Source of the DNA: Candidatus Hydrogenedentota bacterium
GTDB lineage: Bacteria; Hydrogenedentota; Hydrogenedentia; Hydrogenedentales; GCA-2746185
Reading direction: 5' to 3'
NCBI GenBank assembly: GCA_046583315.1
Contig: JAYGCN010000314.1
Span: forward strand, 1 to 39,186
Length of the DNA stretch: 39,186 nt
Positions 1-8,935 of this stretch are shown piece by piece; the stretch's first letter is position 1, and each line of letters opens with the position of its first letter. The position numbers and the translations under genes were made by a program. Under the pieces are notes generated by a model. It was not told the origin of the DNA and made no database searches. It saw nothing but the letters and a program-made list of their open reading frames with translations.

Positions 1-2
1 AT

Positions 3-341
3 GGTTACTTATTCTTGACGGACCGTATGAAGGATTTGATTATTAAGGGGGGTGAGAATATTTCGCCGCGCGAAATCGAAAACGGATTCTATAATCATCC
101 GGCGGTGGAGGAAGTGTCCGTCGTTGGTGTGCCGGACATGACGTATGGCGAAAATATCGTTGCGGTGATGTCGATTAAGGAAGGGCATGAGGTGACGGAA
201 GCCGAACTGCTGGAAACGGTCGCGCAACATATTACGAAGTTCAAAATTCCCAAACGAATTGATTTTCGTGATGAGTTGCCGCGTAATCCAAATGGGAAAA
301 TTGATCGGAAGCGATTGCGCGTTGAGGCGGCGGATGTATAG
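3..341 (+). CDS. Acyl-CoA synthetase / AMP-binding enzyme, C-terminal part (5' end outside window)
   Basis: Frame open from base 3: GYLFLTDRMKDLIIKGGENISPREIE...VVGVPD..YGE...LPRNPNGKIDRK, typical C-terminal motifs of the ANL adenylate-forming family. Confidence 0.9.
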   Translation, partial: GYLFLTDRMKDLIIKGGENISPREIENGFYNHPAVEEVSVVGVPDMTYGENIVAVMSIKEGHEVTEAELLETVAQHITKFKIPKRIDFRDELPRNPNGKIDRKRLRVEAADV

Positions 342-1580
342 ATGCTGAATAGACGAAATTTCTTGAAATTTGGAGTGGCATCGCCGCTTGTAGCACTGGC
401 CGGATGTAATACGTTGAATTCCAGTTCGCTGAAGATGTCCTTATCACAGAAACGGTTCTTTTTTACGTCGCAGGGCAAGACGGCGATGATGAATGGGGAC
501 GGGAGTGGATCGTGTTATCTGGAGTTTGATGCGCCTGGTCAGGCGACGTGGCAACCGGGCGCGTTTTTTCCGGATGGGCGTGTTCTGATTTTGAGCATGG
601 AGCCGCGGCGGGATGGGCCGGGCAAACCGTTTGATGAGTATTATCATACGACGCCGACGCACATCTGGATTCATGATCTGGATACGGGTTCGCTGGATGA
701 AATTGCGACGAAGGAACGATTGGCGCCGTTTATTACGCCACAGTTGTTGTTGGCGGATGGGCGAATGATGATTCAGGTCGTGCGGGATAAGGTGCCGCAG
801 TCGTTCAGTATTAATCTGGATGGAAGCGACCCGCGTCCGTTTACGCAGCCGGGTGAAGGAATGCCTTACGGGTTGAACATGAGCCCGGATGGGAAGCGGG
901 TTGCCTATCATCTAGCGGCATCGAGTGGGTATGAAATTCGGGTGTCGGATGTTGACGGCTCGAACAAGACGCTGATTACGAAACGTCGGGGACACGTGTT
1001 CTTTGGTCCGCGTTGGTCGCCGGATGGCGAGTGGATTATTTTTCAGGACAACCATCATTGGGAAGATCCGGGCCATGACTGGGCGGATTTGGTGATGAGT
1101 CGGCCGGATGGGCCGGTGCTCCAACATCTTACTGAGGGGCAGACGCTTTGGTTTGGGTCGAGTTATGGGTCGCCGGGTAATCATGGCCGTGGATCGAACG
1201 TACCGGTGTGGTCGAAGGATGGTTCGATATTGATGAGTCGGCGTCTGCCGGATTCGAAGGTGGCCTGAGAATATCAGACGGATCAGGTGGATGTCGATCA
1301 TTTCAATCGTGCGTACAAACCGGAGCTCGCACGAGGTGGCACGGAAATCTGTCGGATGAATCCGAAGACGCGCAAGGTGACTCGCATTACGAAATCCAAT
1401 CCGCCTGTTTTGGATTTTCGCCAGACGGAGTCGGATGATGGTAAGCATATACTGTTTTGTCGCGCGGTCACGGGTGGAACCTCAAGCATCTGGCTCATGG
1501 ATTCGGATGGAAAAAATCAGCGGTTGCTAACGACGGGTGTGGATAGGCTGGGGGCGGATCATCCGAGGTGGATACCCTAA
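342..1580 (+). pseudogene. TolB-like beta-propeller Tat lipoprotein interrupted by one in-frame TGA (1266-1268)
   Basis: Twin-Arg signal NRRNFLK plus lipobox LAGC; PD40-type repeats (SPDGKRVAY, PRWSPDGEWIIF, PVWSKDG). ORFs 342-1268 and 1287-1580 are in the same frame and read KVA*EYQTDQVDVDHFNR...SDDGKHILF...HPRWIP. Confidence 0.75.
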
Positions 1581-1660
1581 GCGGTTCAGCGCAGAGCATC
1601 GTATCGGCTTTTCTTTGCTTCTTTCTTTTCACCGGAAAACAAAGAAGGGGGTTTGCGGTT

Positions 1661-1703
1661 CAAAAAGATAAGGGCGGGTTCAGGAAATCCTGAACCCGCC
1701 CTT
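1661..1703 (-). terminator. Intrinsic terminator of the thiolase gene
   Basis: Perfect inverted repeat AAGGGCGGGTTCAGGA/TCCTGAACCCGCCCTT (1670-1703) followed on the minus strand by ATCTTTTTG; lies between convergent genes. Confidence 0.8.
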
Positions 1704-1729
1704 TGGGTATTGTCTATTGGGGATAGATT

Positions 1730-2923
1730 TTATTCGTTGATGAGTTCGAAGAGGCCGGCTGCGCCTTGACCGCCACCGATGCACATGGTGACGACGCCCC
1801 ATTGAGCGCCTTTTTCGATCATCTGGTTCGCGATGGTTCCGACCATGCGGGACCCGGTCATGCCGAAGGGGTGTCCGATGGAGATGGAGCCGCCGTTGAT
1901 GTTGAGTTTGTCGTAGTCGATGCCGAGGGTGTCAGCGGACTGGATTACTTGTACGGCGAAGGCTTCGTTGAGTTCCCAGAGGTCGATGTCGGACACTTCG
2001 AGGCCGTGACGTTTGAGCAGCTTGGGCACAGCGTAGATGGGGCCGATGCCCATTTCATCGGGTTCACAACCAGCGGTGGCGAATCCACGGTAGGCGATTT
2101 TGGCTTTGATGCCGCGTTCTTTGGCGACTTCGCGGTCCATCAGGAGAGTCGCGGATGCGCCGTCGGAAAGCTGTGATGCATTACCGGCGGTTACTGAACC
2201 GTTGCCGGAATCGGGGTCAAAGTAAGGCTTGAGGCCGGAGAGTGTTTCAACAGTCGTTCCTGGACGGTTGCATTCATCTTTATCGCAAGTGACGGTTTCG
2301 AATCCGTCCATTTGTTTGGTTTCTTTGTTGAACAGTCCCATGCTGACTTCCATTGGCACGATTTCTTCTTCAAAGAATCCGCGGCCTTGAGCTGCTTCGG
2401 TGCGTTGTTGGCTGGCTGCGGAGAGTTCATCCTGACGCTGGCGAGAAACGTTGTAGCGTTTTGCAACAACTTCAGCGGTGTCACCCATGGCCATGTACAG
2501 GGCAGGTTTCTGCTCAATCACTTTCGGGTTGTGGTTTTGATCGCCACCGAGCATCGAGATGCTTTCAGCACCGCCACCGATTGCAGCAACCGCGCCGTTG
2601 TTCATGATTTCATGCGCGGCCATTGCGATGGACTGCAGACCGGATGAGCAGAAACGGTTGACGGTTGTTCCGCCGACGGAGATGGGCAGTCCGGCAAGAA
2701 CGGCTGCGATGCGGGCCATGTTGTTGCCATGAGCACCGGAGGGATTCGCGCATCCGAGGATAACGTCTTCAATTTCGGCGGGGTCGAGGTCAGGGACTTT
2801 TGCGAGCACGTCTTTGATGACGTGTGCGGCCATATCGTCTGGGCGGGTCATGTTCATGGATCCGCGGAACGATTTTGCCAGGCCTGTGCGTGAGCTTGCA
2901 ACAACAACGGCTTCTTTTGACAT
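1730..2923 (-). CDS. fadA: Acetyl-CoA C-acyltransferase (thiolase)
   Basis: TVNRFCSSGLQS (catalytic Cys), TAGNASQLSDGA, ELNEAFA, GHPFGMTG, CIGGGQG. Confidence 0.93.
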   Translation of the reverse strand: MSKEAVVVASSRTGLAKSFRGSMNMTRPDDMAAHVIKDVLAKVPDLDPAEIEDVILGCANPSGAHGNNMARIAAVLAGLPISVGGTTVNRFCSSGLQSIAMAAHEIMNNGAVAAIGGGAESISMLGGDQNHNPKVIEQKPALYMAMGDTAEVVAKRYNVSRQRQDELSAASQQRTEAAQGRGFFEEEIVPMEVSMGLFNKETKQMDGFETVTCDKDECNRPGTTVETLSGLKPYFDPDSGNGSVTAGNASQLSDGASATLLMDREVAKERGIKAKIAYRGFATAGCEPDEMGIGPIYAVPKLLKRHGLEVSDIDLWELNEAFAVQVIQSADTLGIDYDKLNINGGSISIGHPFGMTGSRMVGTIANQMIEKGAQWGVVTMCIGGGQGAAGLFELINE

Positions 2924-3204
2924 GGTGGGATTCCTTATTTGTGTTCTATCCGTACTTGATTGGAATCGGATGAACGCCTAAAGTTGAGCCTTAATGATAA
3001 AGGCCTTAAATACTTTTTGCAACCCGTTTAACACGGTATCGTGGAAAGGGTTCGAGTAGACTACTGATAAAGTTGTTCTAAAGTCAATTATTGAGATGAA
3101 TTTGGGGCAGGAGGGGCGTACAATGGAGTTGGTTTGTCTCAAAGTGACAATAGTGTAAGAAAGTGGCGGTGGTTTGGAATGACTGACCGCACCGGATTGC
3201 AGAT

Positions 3205-3660
3205 ATGACCCCTGAATATCGATACAATTCCCAATTTTTTTCCGACATGCAAATGCAGGTGGGCAGTCCGACGAAGACCTTCTCGCTCAATCTTGCGGTG
3301 TGTTCGGATGTCACCTTGCGCGATTTCCTGGTGCAACAGCTGGAATCGGCTTATTCCGAAGTGGCTATCGTGTCCTTTTGGCCTTATTCAATCGATGTAT
3401 TCGAGCACGTGCATGAAGCGACGGGGGCGGGCCCGCATGACGCGGTATTCGTATCGGGGCTTGACGATGTATTGGCATCGGGTCAGTCGCTCGAAGAGTT
3501 GTACACCAAGCTGAATCGGTCGCCGGTTCGCTGGAAGGCGTGGTTTGCGTGCCCGATTGTATTCTGGGTGTCTGAGCAGACGGCAGATACGTTGCGTGAG
3601 GAGGCGAAGGATTTTTGGGAGTGGCTGGAGTCGATTTATCGGCTTGAAGCACCTGAGTGA
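3205..3660 (+). CDS. Hypothetical protein, 151 aa, P-loop-like alpha/beta pattern ending in a DFWxW motif
   Basis: Protein-like ORF with VFVSGLDD, KLNRS, PIVFWV and AKDFWEW. From memory this resembles the N-terminal module of some TPR proteins. Confidence 0.65.
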   Translation: MTPEYRYNSQFFSDMQMQVGSPTKTFSLNLAVCSDVTLRDFLVQQLESAYSEVAIVSFWPYSIDVFEHVHEATGAGPHDAVFVSGLDDVLASGQSLEELYTKLNRSPVRWKAWFACPIVFWVSEQTADTLREEAKDFWEWLESIYRLEAPE

Positions 3661-3796
3661 TCGCTAAGGCTGCAGTAGCGCATTGCAATTATCGGGTACT
3701 TCTGATTTAATCGAATAGTATACGTTTAAATTTGTATTGTTACTGGTTGGCAGGGGCGAAGATGTGCTCTGCAAATGATGAGGTCGGGAGATTAGA

Positions 3797-5866
3797 ATGT
3801 CGGGATTACAGAATCAGACGGGGAATGTGAGACCTGTTGCGCCACCGGGAAAACGAACTTCGGAGAAAGCGATCTTTGCTTTCTTGCTGGGGATATCGGG
3901 CTTGGCGCTCTGGTTTTTCGCGGCATTTCCTGCAATCATTTTGGGCGCGATGGCTCGCGGGGAGATACGAAGGAACGCACAGCTGAAGGGGCGTGGTTTG
4001 GCTACGATGGGGCTGTTTCTGGGGTGCATCGGAATGTTTTTCGCACCGATCGCGGTCGTTGCTTTATTCAGCATGGGAGGCTCCGCGTTCACCTCTGCTT
4101 ATGATGCGGGGGATGATCGTATTGTGCACTTGCACTTGAGTGGTGCCTTCGCGGAATCCTATCAGCCGAGTCCGTATGGATTCTTTGGAGGCGTTCCGTC
4201 GTCGTTTCATGATCTAATGGCCTGGTTCGAGGAGATGGAAGATGACGATACGGTGCAGGCGCTGGTTGTGACGGTTGATATGTTTCAGCCGCAGGCAGCG
4301 CATCTGGAAGAGATTCATCATGCGCTCAGAAATCTGATCGATTCGGGTAAGGATGTATACGTGCATTCGGAAGAGGCGCTGATGTCGAATTCGATGTATG
4401 TGCTGTTGTCCGCGGGGTCGCATTTTAACGCGGTGCCGACTTCGATGATTGATCTTGTTGGACTTTACAGCGAAGGGCTGTATTTGAAGGCGGGTTTGGA
4501 AAGTATTGGTATTCAGGCGGACATCGTGCATATCGGCGATTATAAGTCGGCGGGTGATATGATGATGCGTGATGGTCCGAGTGACGAAGCGGCTGAGGCG
4601 ATGAACTGGTTGTTGGACGGCATGTATGAATCTCGGGTAAATATGATCGCACATTCGCGCGACATGACTTCGGACGAGGTGCGTGCGGCGATCGACGGCG
4701 GGCCGTATACGTCGGAGCAGGCTGAAGCGGCAGGGCTGATTGATTCACGAATGTATCAGGATGAATTTACTGAGTTTATGAAGGACAAGTACGGGGAAGA
4801 CATTTATTTTGATAATCATTATGGCGGGAATGGTGGGTCGAATTCGTCGATGGGATTTTCGAACACGTGGTTTTCGGGTATGGGAGGGGGAGGAAGTTAT
4901 TCGTCGGGCACGATAGGTCTTGTTGTGCTTGAGGGGACCATTTATCCGGGTTATGGTCAGGGCGGCGCGTTCAGCGGAACGATTCGTTATGCGCTGGATC
5001 TGGCAGCGCAGGATGATTCGGTTGAAGTGATTGTATTGCGTGTGAATTCGCCGGGCGGATCGGTTACGGCGAGCGAGGTGATTTTGCGTGCCGTGCAGAC
5101 AGCGCAGTTGGAGAAACCTGTAATTGTTTCGATGGGCAGCGTGGCGGCGAGCGGCGGGTATTACGTGGCGTGTCAGGCGGATTCGATTTTTGCGGATGAG
5201 CTGACGGTGACGGGTTCGATTGGGGTCGTGGGTGGGAAGATTGTCACGGCGGGATTGTGGGACGAGCTTGGTATTTCTTGGCACGCGACGCAACGTGGGG
5301 CGAATGCGGATTGGGGCCGTGGATCGGATGTGTTTACGGATGTGCAGCGTGCGCAGATTGTGGAGTCGATGGGGGCGGCGTACGCGACTTTTAAGGATCA
5401 CGTTGAGAAAGGTCGGGGTGAGAAGTTGACGAAGGATTTGGAGGAGATGGCCGGCGGGCGTGTATTCACGGGTAAGCAGGCGCTTGCGCTGGGGCTGATA
5501 GATGAAATCGGCGGATTGACTGACGCGCTGGAGTATGCGGCGGAGTTGGTGGAGCTGGATGATTATGATGTGCGGCTGATTCCACGTCAGCTGGATTTCG
5601 GCGAGATGTTGCAGCAGGAATTATTTGGCACGGGCGATCCTTCGCGTCCGACGGATTTGGCGTTGGATGAACCGGCGGATTCGGAACCGCTTGCGGAGTC
5701 GATTCGCGGGGCGATGCAACCGACAGATGCGTCGATGGCGAGTGCTTTGCTCACGAAGTTTGATCCGGATCGTAGTCGTGAACTTTTACGTTTTATTGAA
5801 TTCGCGACGCTGATAAAAGAACAGGGAGTCGTGGTGATTACACCACAACTCCCCGTGATTCGATAA
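3797..5866 (+). CDS. sppA: Signal peptide peptidase SppA (67K type, S49) with N-terminal DUF4190-like membrane domain
   Basis: GDYKSAGD, LRVNSPGGS, VSMGSVAASGGYYVA, TGSIGV, GRVFTGKQALALGLIDEIGG. N-terminus KAIFAFLLGI...AIILGAMARGEI...GRGLATMGLFLG. RBS GGAGA upstream. Confidence 0.92.
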   Translation: MSGLQNQTGNVRPVAPPGKRTSEKAIFAFLLGISGLALWFFAAFPAIILGAMARGEIRRNAQLKGRGLATMGLFLGCIGMFFAPIAVVALFSMGGSAFTSAYDAGDDRIVHLHLSGAFAESYQPSPYGFFGGVPSSFHDLMAWFEEMEDDDTVQALVVTVDMFQPQAAHLEEIHHALRNLIDSGKDVYVHSEEALMSNSMYVLLSAGSHFNAVPTSMIDLVGLYSEGLYLKAGLESIGIQADIVHIGDYKSAGDMMMRDGPSDEAAEAMNWLLDGMYESRVNMIAHSRDMTSDEVRAAIDGGPYTSEQAEAAGLIDSRMYQDEFTEFMKDKYGEDIYFDNHYGGNGGSNSSMGFSNTWFSGMGGGGSYSSGTIGLVVLEGTIYPGYGQGGAFSGTIRYALDLAAQDDSVEVIVLRVNSPGGSVTASEVILRAVQTAQLEKPVIVSMGSVAASGGYYVACQADSIFADELTVTGSIGVVGGKIVTAGLWDELGISWHATQRGANADWGRGSDVFTDVQRAQIVESMGAAYATFKDHVEKGRGEKLTKDLEEMAGGRVFTGKQALALGLIDEIGGLTDALEYAAELVELDDYDVRLIPRQLDFGEMLQQELFGTGDPSRPTDLALDEPADSEPLAESIRGAMQPTDASMASALLTKFDPDRSRELLRFIEFATLIKEQGVVVITPQLPVIR

Positions 5867-5877
5867 TTGTTTTTGAT

Positions 5878-7209
5878 TTAGTCGGTACTGGAATTTTTCG
5901 TGAGTCGCGCACGGTCAGCATCGGACAGCGCGGTCGGGGTAATCCCGAGTTGTTCGTCGTCGAAGGTGTAGGAGCCGCCGGTGAAGGCCATTTCGTCTCC
6001 TGAGTAGAGTCCCCATTTCACGTCGGCGGTGGGATCCGGGTTATTGGGATTGCCTTCGGAGTTGTCGTGGACGCTACGCATGATGAACTTGGATCCCTTG
6101 GGGAATTTCCAAGGCTTTTCGAATGGATAAGTGAACTGCCAATCGAAGTCGTAGTCGGGAATATCGAGCATGAGCAACTCGCGATCGGAGTCGGGTAGTT
6201 TGGCGGTCTGGCTGATGCTTTTTCCGCGCAGGTGCATGTGTCCGCCAACCGAGTACATCGTCAGATCCTTGAAGGCAGTGAATGTGGCCGTATGTTCAGA
6301 GTTCGGGTCACCGGCCTTGATGTTGAGGTTGGGCTGCACCACCATCATCGCCCGAATCTGCTTCTCAATGGTTTCTTCCGGTTGAGCCAAATGCAAAGCG
6401 ATTCGGGAATGATCGACTTGCTCAAGCCCGGTTGAATTGTAGTAATGAGTTTGAAGGATGAGGTCTTTTCCTTTGGAGAGCTTCAGCCCCACGCCTTCGG
6501 GGCTGAGGGGAGCCACGTTGCCCGGTGCCCACATTTGGACGATTTTTGCGCCGGCGAGCTTATCCATGTTCGCACATTCGCATCCGGGTTCGGGAGTTTC
6601 GGCATCGAGTTTGTCGAACACGCCACTGGTATCTTCGAACAGAATAAAGTGGTGAACGACTTCGCTATTGCCGGCTTGGAATTCGGCACTTTTCAGCCAC
6701 AAATCTTGATCGGCGTTGAAGGGAATTTTGAAACAGTAATAGAGATCGGAAACATCGGCCCCAACCAAAAACGGTTCTTCGGGTTGGAGGACAATATCGG
6801 GTACACGGTTTACCCATCCACCTTCGAATGTTTTGAATACTTTTTTCGGCGGCAGATCAGCGGGATTGCCTTGTTTGGCGCCTTGGTCTACCCACGCGAT
6901 AAACGTAGTGATTTCTTTCTCGGTCATGTTCGCGTCACCGTGGAATCCCATCTCGCCGGGTTTTCCGGGATAGGGCGGCATTTTACCCGCAGCGACTTGT
7001 TCGCGGATGGATTTTGCCCAGGGACGTGCCTGTTCGAAGGATTCGAGTGAGAAGGGTGCGACTTGTCCGGGACGATGGCAATTGAGGCATCGTTCCTGCA
7101 CGATGGGCATGACGTCCTTCGTCCAGGTTATGGGCGCGGCGGTGGCAGTGATGCTGGTCGCCACAATGAGTGCGGCGGGCAGCAGTCTTGAAAATTCATT
7201 GAGTGACAT
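5878..7209 (-). CDS. Secreted heme c plus copper type II monooxygenase-like protein
   Basis: Signal peptide; CLNCH heme motif with KMPP; VVHH, QTHY, GHMHLRGK, YDFDWQ and DEM copper-ligand pattern of the PHM/DBH fold. Start placed at ATG 7209 behind a GGAGA RBS. Confidence 0.8.
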   Translation of the reverse strand: MSLNEFSRLLPAALIVATSITATAAPITWTKDVMPIVQERCLNCHRPGQVAPFSLESFEQARPWAKSIREQVAAGKMPPYPGKPGEMGFHGDANMTEKEITTFIAWVDQGAKQGNPADLPPKKVFKTFEGGWVNRVPDIVLQPEEPFLVGADVSDLYYCFKIPFNADQDLWLKSAEFQAGNSEVVHHFILFEDTSGVFDKLDAETPEPGCECANMDKLAGAKIVQMWAPGNVAPLSPEGVGLKLSKGKDLILQTHYYNSTGLEQVDHSRIALHLAQPEETIEKQIRAMMVVQPNLNIKAGDPNSEHTATFTAFKDLTMYSVGGHMHLRGKSISQTAKLPDSDRELLMLDIPDYDFDWQFTYPFEKPWKFPKGSKFIMRSVHDNSEGNPNNPDPTADVKWGLYSGDEMAFTGGSYTFDDEQLGITPTALSDADRARLTKNSSTD

Positions 7210-7336
7210 GGATGTTATCTCCCTATTTCGGTTCGGTAGACGGTGATCAATACCCATCGTGTTCGGATCACGATACTCGAATCGGGATGGCGAATCAACA
7301 ATCGGTGGTGGTGGGTGGGCAATCGGCTTGGGTTGA

Positions 7337-7543
7337 CTGGAGTCTCTGTATGAATTGCGAACTAACCCCTTCCTCGAACCGCTCCGAGACGACCTGCGTT
7401 ATTGGGCCTTCATCGACACACTCGATTTCTCGCCACTCCCGCCCGAACACCCCGGATATGGGGTAGAACAGGCGTGGAAAATCCAACACGCTGCAGAAAA
7501 GGTGATTATTGAGCGAGGTCTGGTGCCGCGTGAGGGGAATTAG
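7337..7543 (+). pseudogene. Probable orphan 3' fragment of a TPR-containing signalling protein
   Basis: LESLYELRTNPFLEPLRDDLRYWAFI resembles the 'DP..D.LR.DPRF..L' tail of TPR kinases/cyclases. Upstream in-frame TGA at 7334; no convincing start. Confidence 0.4.
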
Positions 7544-7815
7544 GCGCATTGCCCTGAGTTGATGGGTGATTTGCTTGAAATAGGGCATTTTTCAGGTGCG
7601 ATCTGGATATTTTGTGGAGTATGTCGTCTCAAGAGTTAATTGGCAGAAGCCTCTTTTTTGGTCAACTTTTGCCCATGATGAATTGCCCAATGTGGGCTAA
7701 CCCAGTACATCCCGCATGGATTTTTGCAAAGTCGTTTTTACTTATTTTGCAGGAAAGGTGTAATTTTAGGGAGTTTTGGAAGGTATAGGTTATAAAACTG
7801 CTCAAAGTGTCCAAA

Positions 7816-7831
7816 TGGCATGGAGATTGCT
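7816..7831 (+). promoter_or_regulatory. Sigma54 -24/-12 promoter of the tad operon
   Basis: TGGCATGGAGATTGCT: GG-N10-GC matching TGGCAC-N5-TTGCW, about 60 nt before the first start codon. Confidence 0.75.
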
Positions 7832-7892
7832 TAATAGAACACTCTGGTTGCGTGATGCGACTTGGTCCAACGTGCTGAGGAGATGTAGGCAG

Positions 7893-8303
7893 ATGGATGG
7901 TGCACAGCAAAAGGTATTGCTGGAGTGGTTGTTGGATTATGAACTGAAGCTTGCGGCTCGTTTTCGCTATTACGTAGCGTTGGTCTACGTAAAGCCTAAG
8001 GACGAGGCTGGGGCGAAGCTTAAATTTGAAGATTTTTTTCAGCGTGATAAGCGTGATTGTGATCAGTATTTTCAGCTTGAGGATCGTAATGCGATATTGA
8101 TGGCGCATACGTCTTTTGAGGAGGCGCGGCAGGCCATTGAGCGGTACAAAAAGTTGTGTAACGGAACTTTTGATCTGCGTTATTCGATAAGCCTTTACCC
8201 GAATTCGCCGACGGCTGAAAAGATGATGGAAACGGCTGACAGGCGTTTGAGTATGGCTATCGATAGTCAGTATGGGGCTGTTGTAAATAGTGATTTGACG
8301 TAG
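7893..8303 (+). CDS. Stand-alone degenerate GGDEF-like protein
   Basis: ELKLAARFRYYVALVYV...RDCDQYFQLEDRNAILMAHTSFEEARQAIER...YSISLYP...MMETADRRL follows the GGDEF pattern without GG[DE]EF. RBS GAGGAG at 7877. Confidence 0.7.
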   Translation: MDGAQQKVLLEWLLDYELKLAARFRYYVALVYVKPKDEAGAKLKFEDFFQRDKRDCDQYFQLEDRNAILMAHTSFEEARQAIERYKKLCNGTFDLRYSISLYPNSPTAEKMMETADRRLSMAIDSQYGAVVNSDLT

Positions 8304-8319
8304 ATACCAGGAGAGTCCC

Positions 8320-8463
8320 TTGTTTTGTAGAGAATTGAAAGGCCTGATTCTTGATGATGACGGTTTGGAGACAGTTGAATACGCGGTCATGACGACGTTG
8401 ATTGTGGCCGCGCTTATTGTATCGATGGTTGCACTTGGTTCGGCGGTAGAATCGAGTATTTGA
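8320..8463 (+). CDS. flp: Flp pilin paralogue 1 (absent from the ORF track; possibly truncated, pilin similarity runs to 8493)
   Basis: TTG start after AGGAGA; MFCRELKGLILDDDG/LETVEYAVMTTLIVAALIVSMVALGSAVESSI* then DTASEIGVM*. Flp motif G-xxxxEY. Confidence 0.8.
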   Translation: MFCRELKGLILDDDGLETVEYAVMTTLIVAALIVSMVALGSAVESSI

Positions 8464-8683
8464 GACACGGCATCGGAAATTGGCGTTATGTAGTGTAAAG
8501 GTGATGTGGATTGGTTTGTATTTACGGGTATTGGAGAGCGGCTTTGCGGTCGTCTATCGAAGATACTTTTGGATAAGTTTGGGAAGCCGTGGGCGACTCA
8601 AATTGGAGTAATCGGATAGCCATGTGGCGGTCCGACAAATAGACAGGGAAGCCCCAGGCTGCCTAAAATTGGAGGAAGGTAAG

Positions 8684-8854
8684 ATGAATAGCATTAAACG
8701 TTTTGTAAGCAATGAAGAAGGACTGGAAACGGTTGAATATGCAGTGATGACGGCTCTTGTGGTTGGTGCGCTCATCCTCGCTATCGGTACCTTGTCGGGT
8801 GCAGTGTCTGGTCGCATGAATTCGACAGCGAGCACGATTAACGCCATCCCTTAA
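8684..8854 (+). CDS. flp: Flp family major pilin
   Basis: MNSIKRFVSNEEG/LETVEYAVMTALVVGALILAIGTLSGAV..., 56 aa, strong RBS GGAGGA. Confidence 0.93.
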   Translation: MNSIKRFVSNEEGLETVEYAVMTALVVGALILAIGTLSGAVSGRMNSTASTINAIP

Positions 8855-8935
8855 CCGTAAGTTGAAGTTAGGTATCGTTTTCGTATGACATTACACAATT
8901 AGGCGTAATGTATTCTGAACAGAGGCTGCGCGCAT

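Noticed and set aside
3021..3052. Imperfect hairpin in the thiolase upstream region as an ncRNA
   Set aside because: Short and bulged, with no family features; may be chance or an operator
1266..8463. TGA recoded as Trp, Gly or Sec (in-frame TGAs at 1266, 7334, 8461)
   Set aside because: TGA is the normal stop of cpaF, the M90 peptidase, the MBL hydrolase and the epimerase, Trp uses TGG, and another lesion is a TAA
7662..8468. 268-aa minus-strand ORF, and similar long antisense ORFs such as 10018-10902, 13727-14482 and 35137-35994
   Set aside because: Shadows of well-supported genes on the opposite strand, with R/H/I-rich composition caused by codon bias
8560..8670. c-di-GMP-I (GEMM) riboswitch before the pilin
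   Set aside because: Only the 3' GGCTGCC resembles it; the GGCAAA..GAAA..GACGCAAA core is absent
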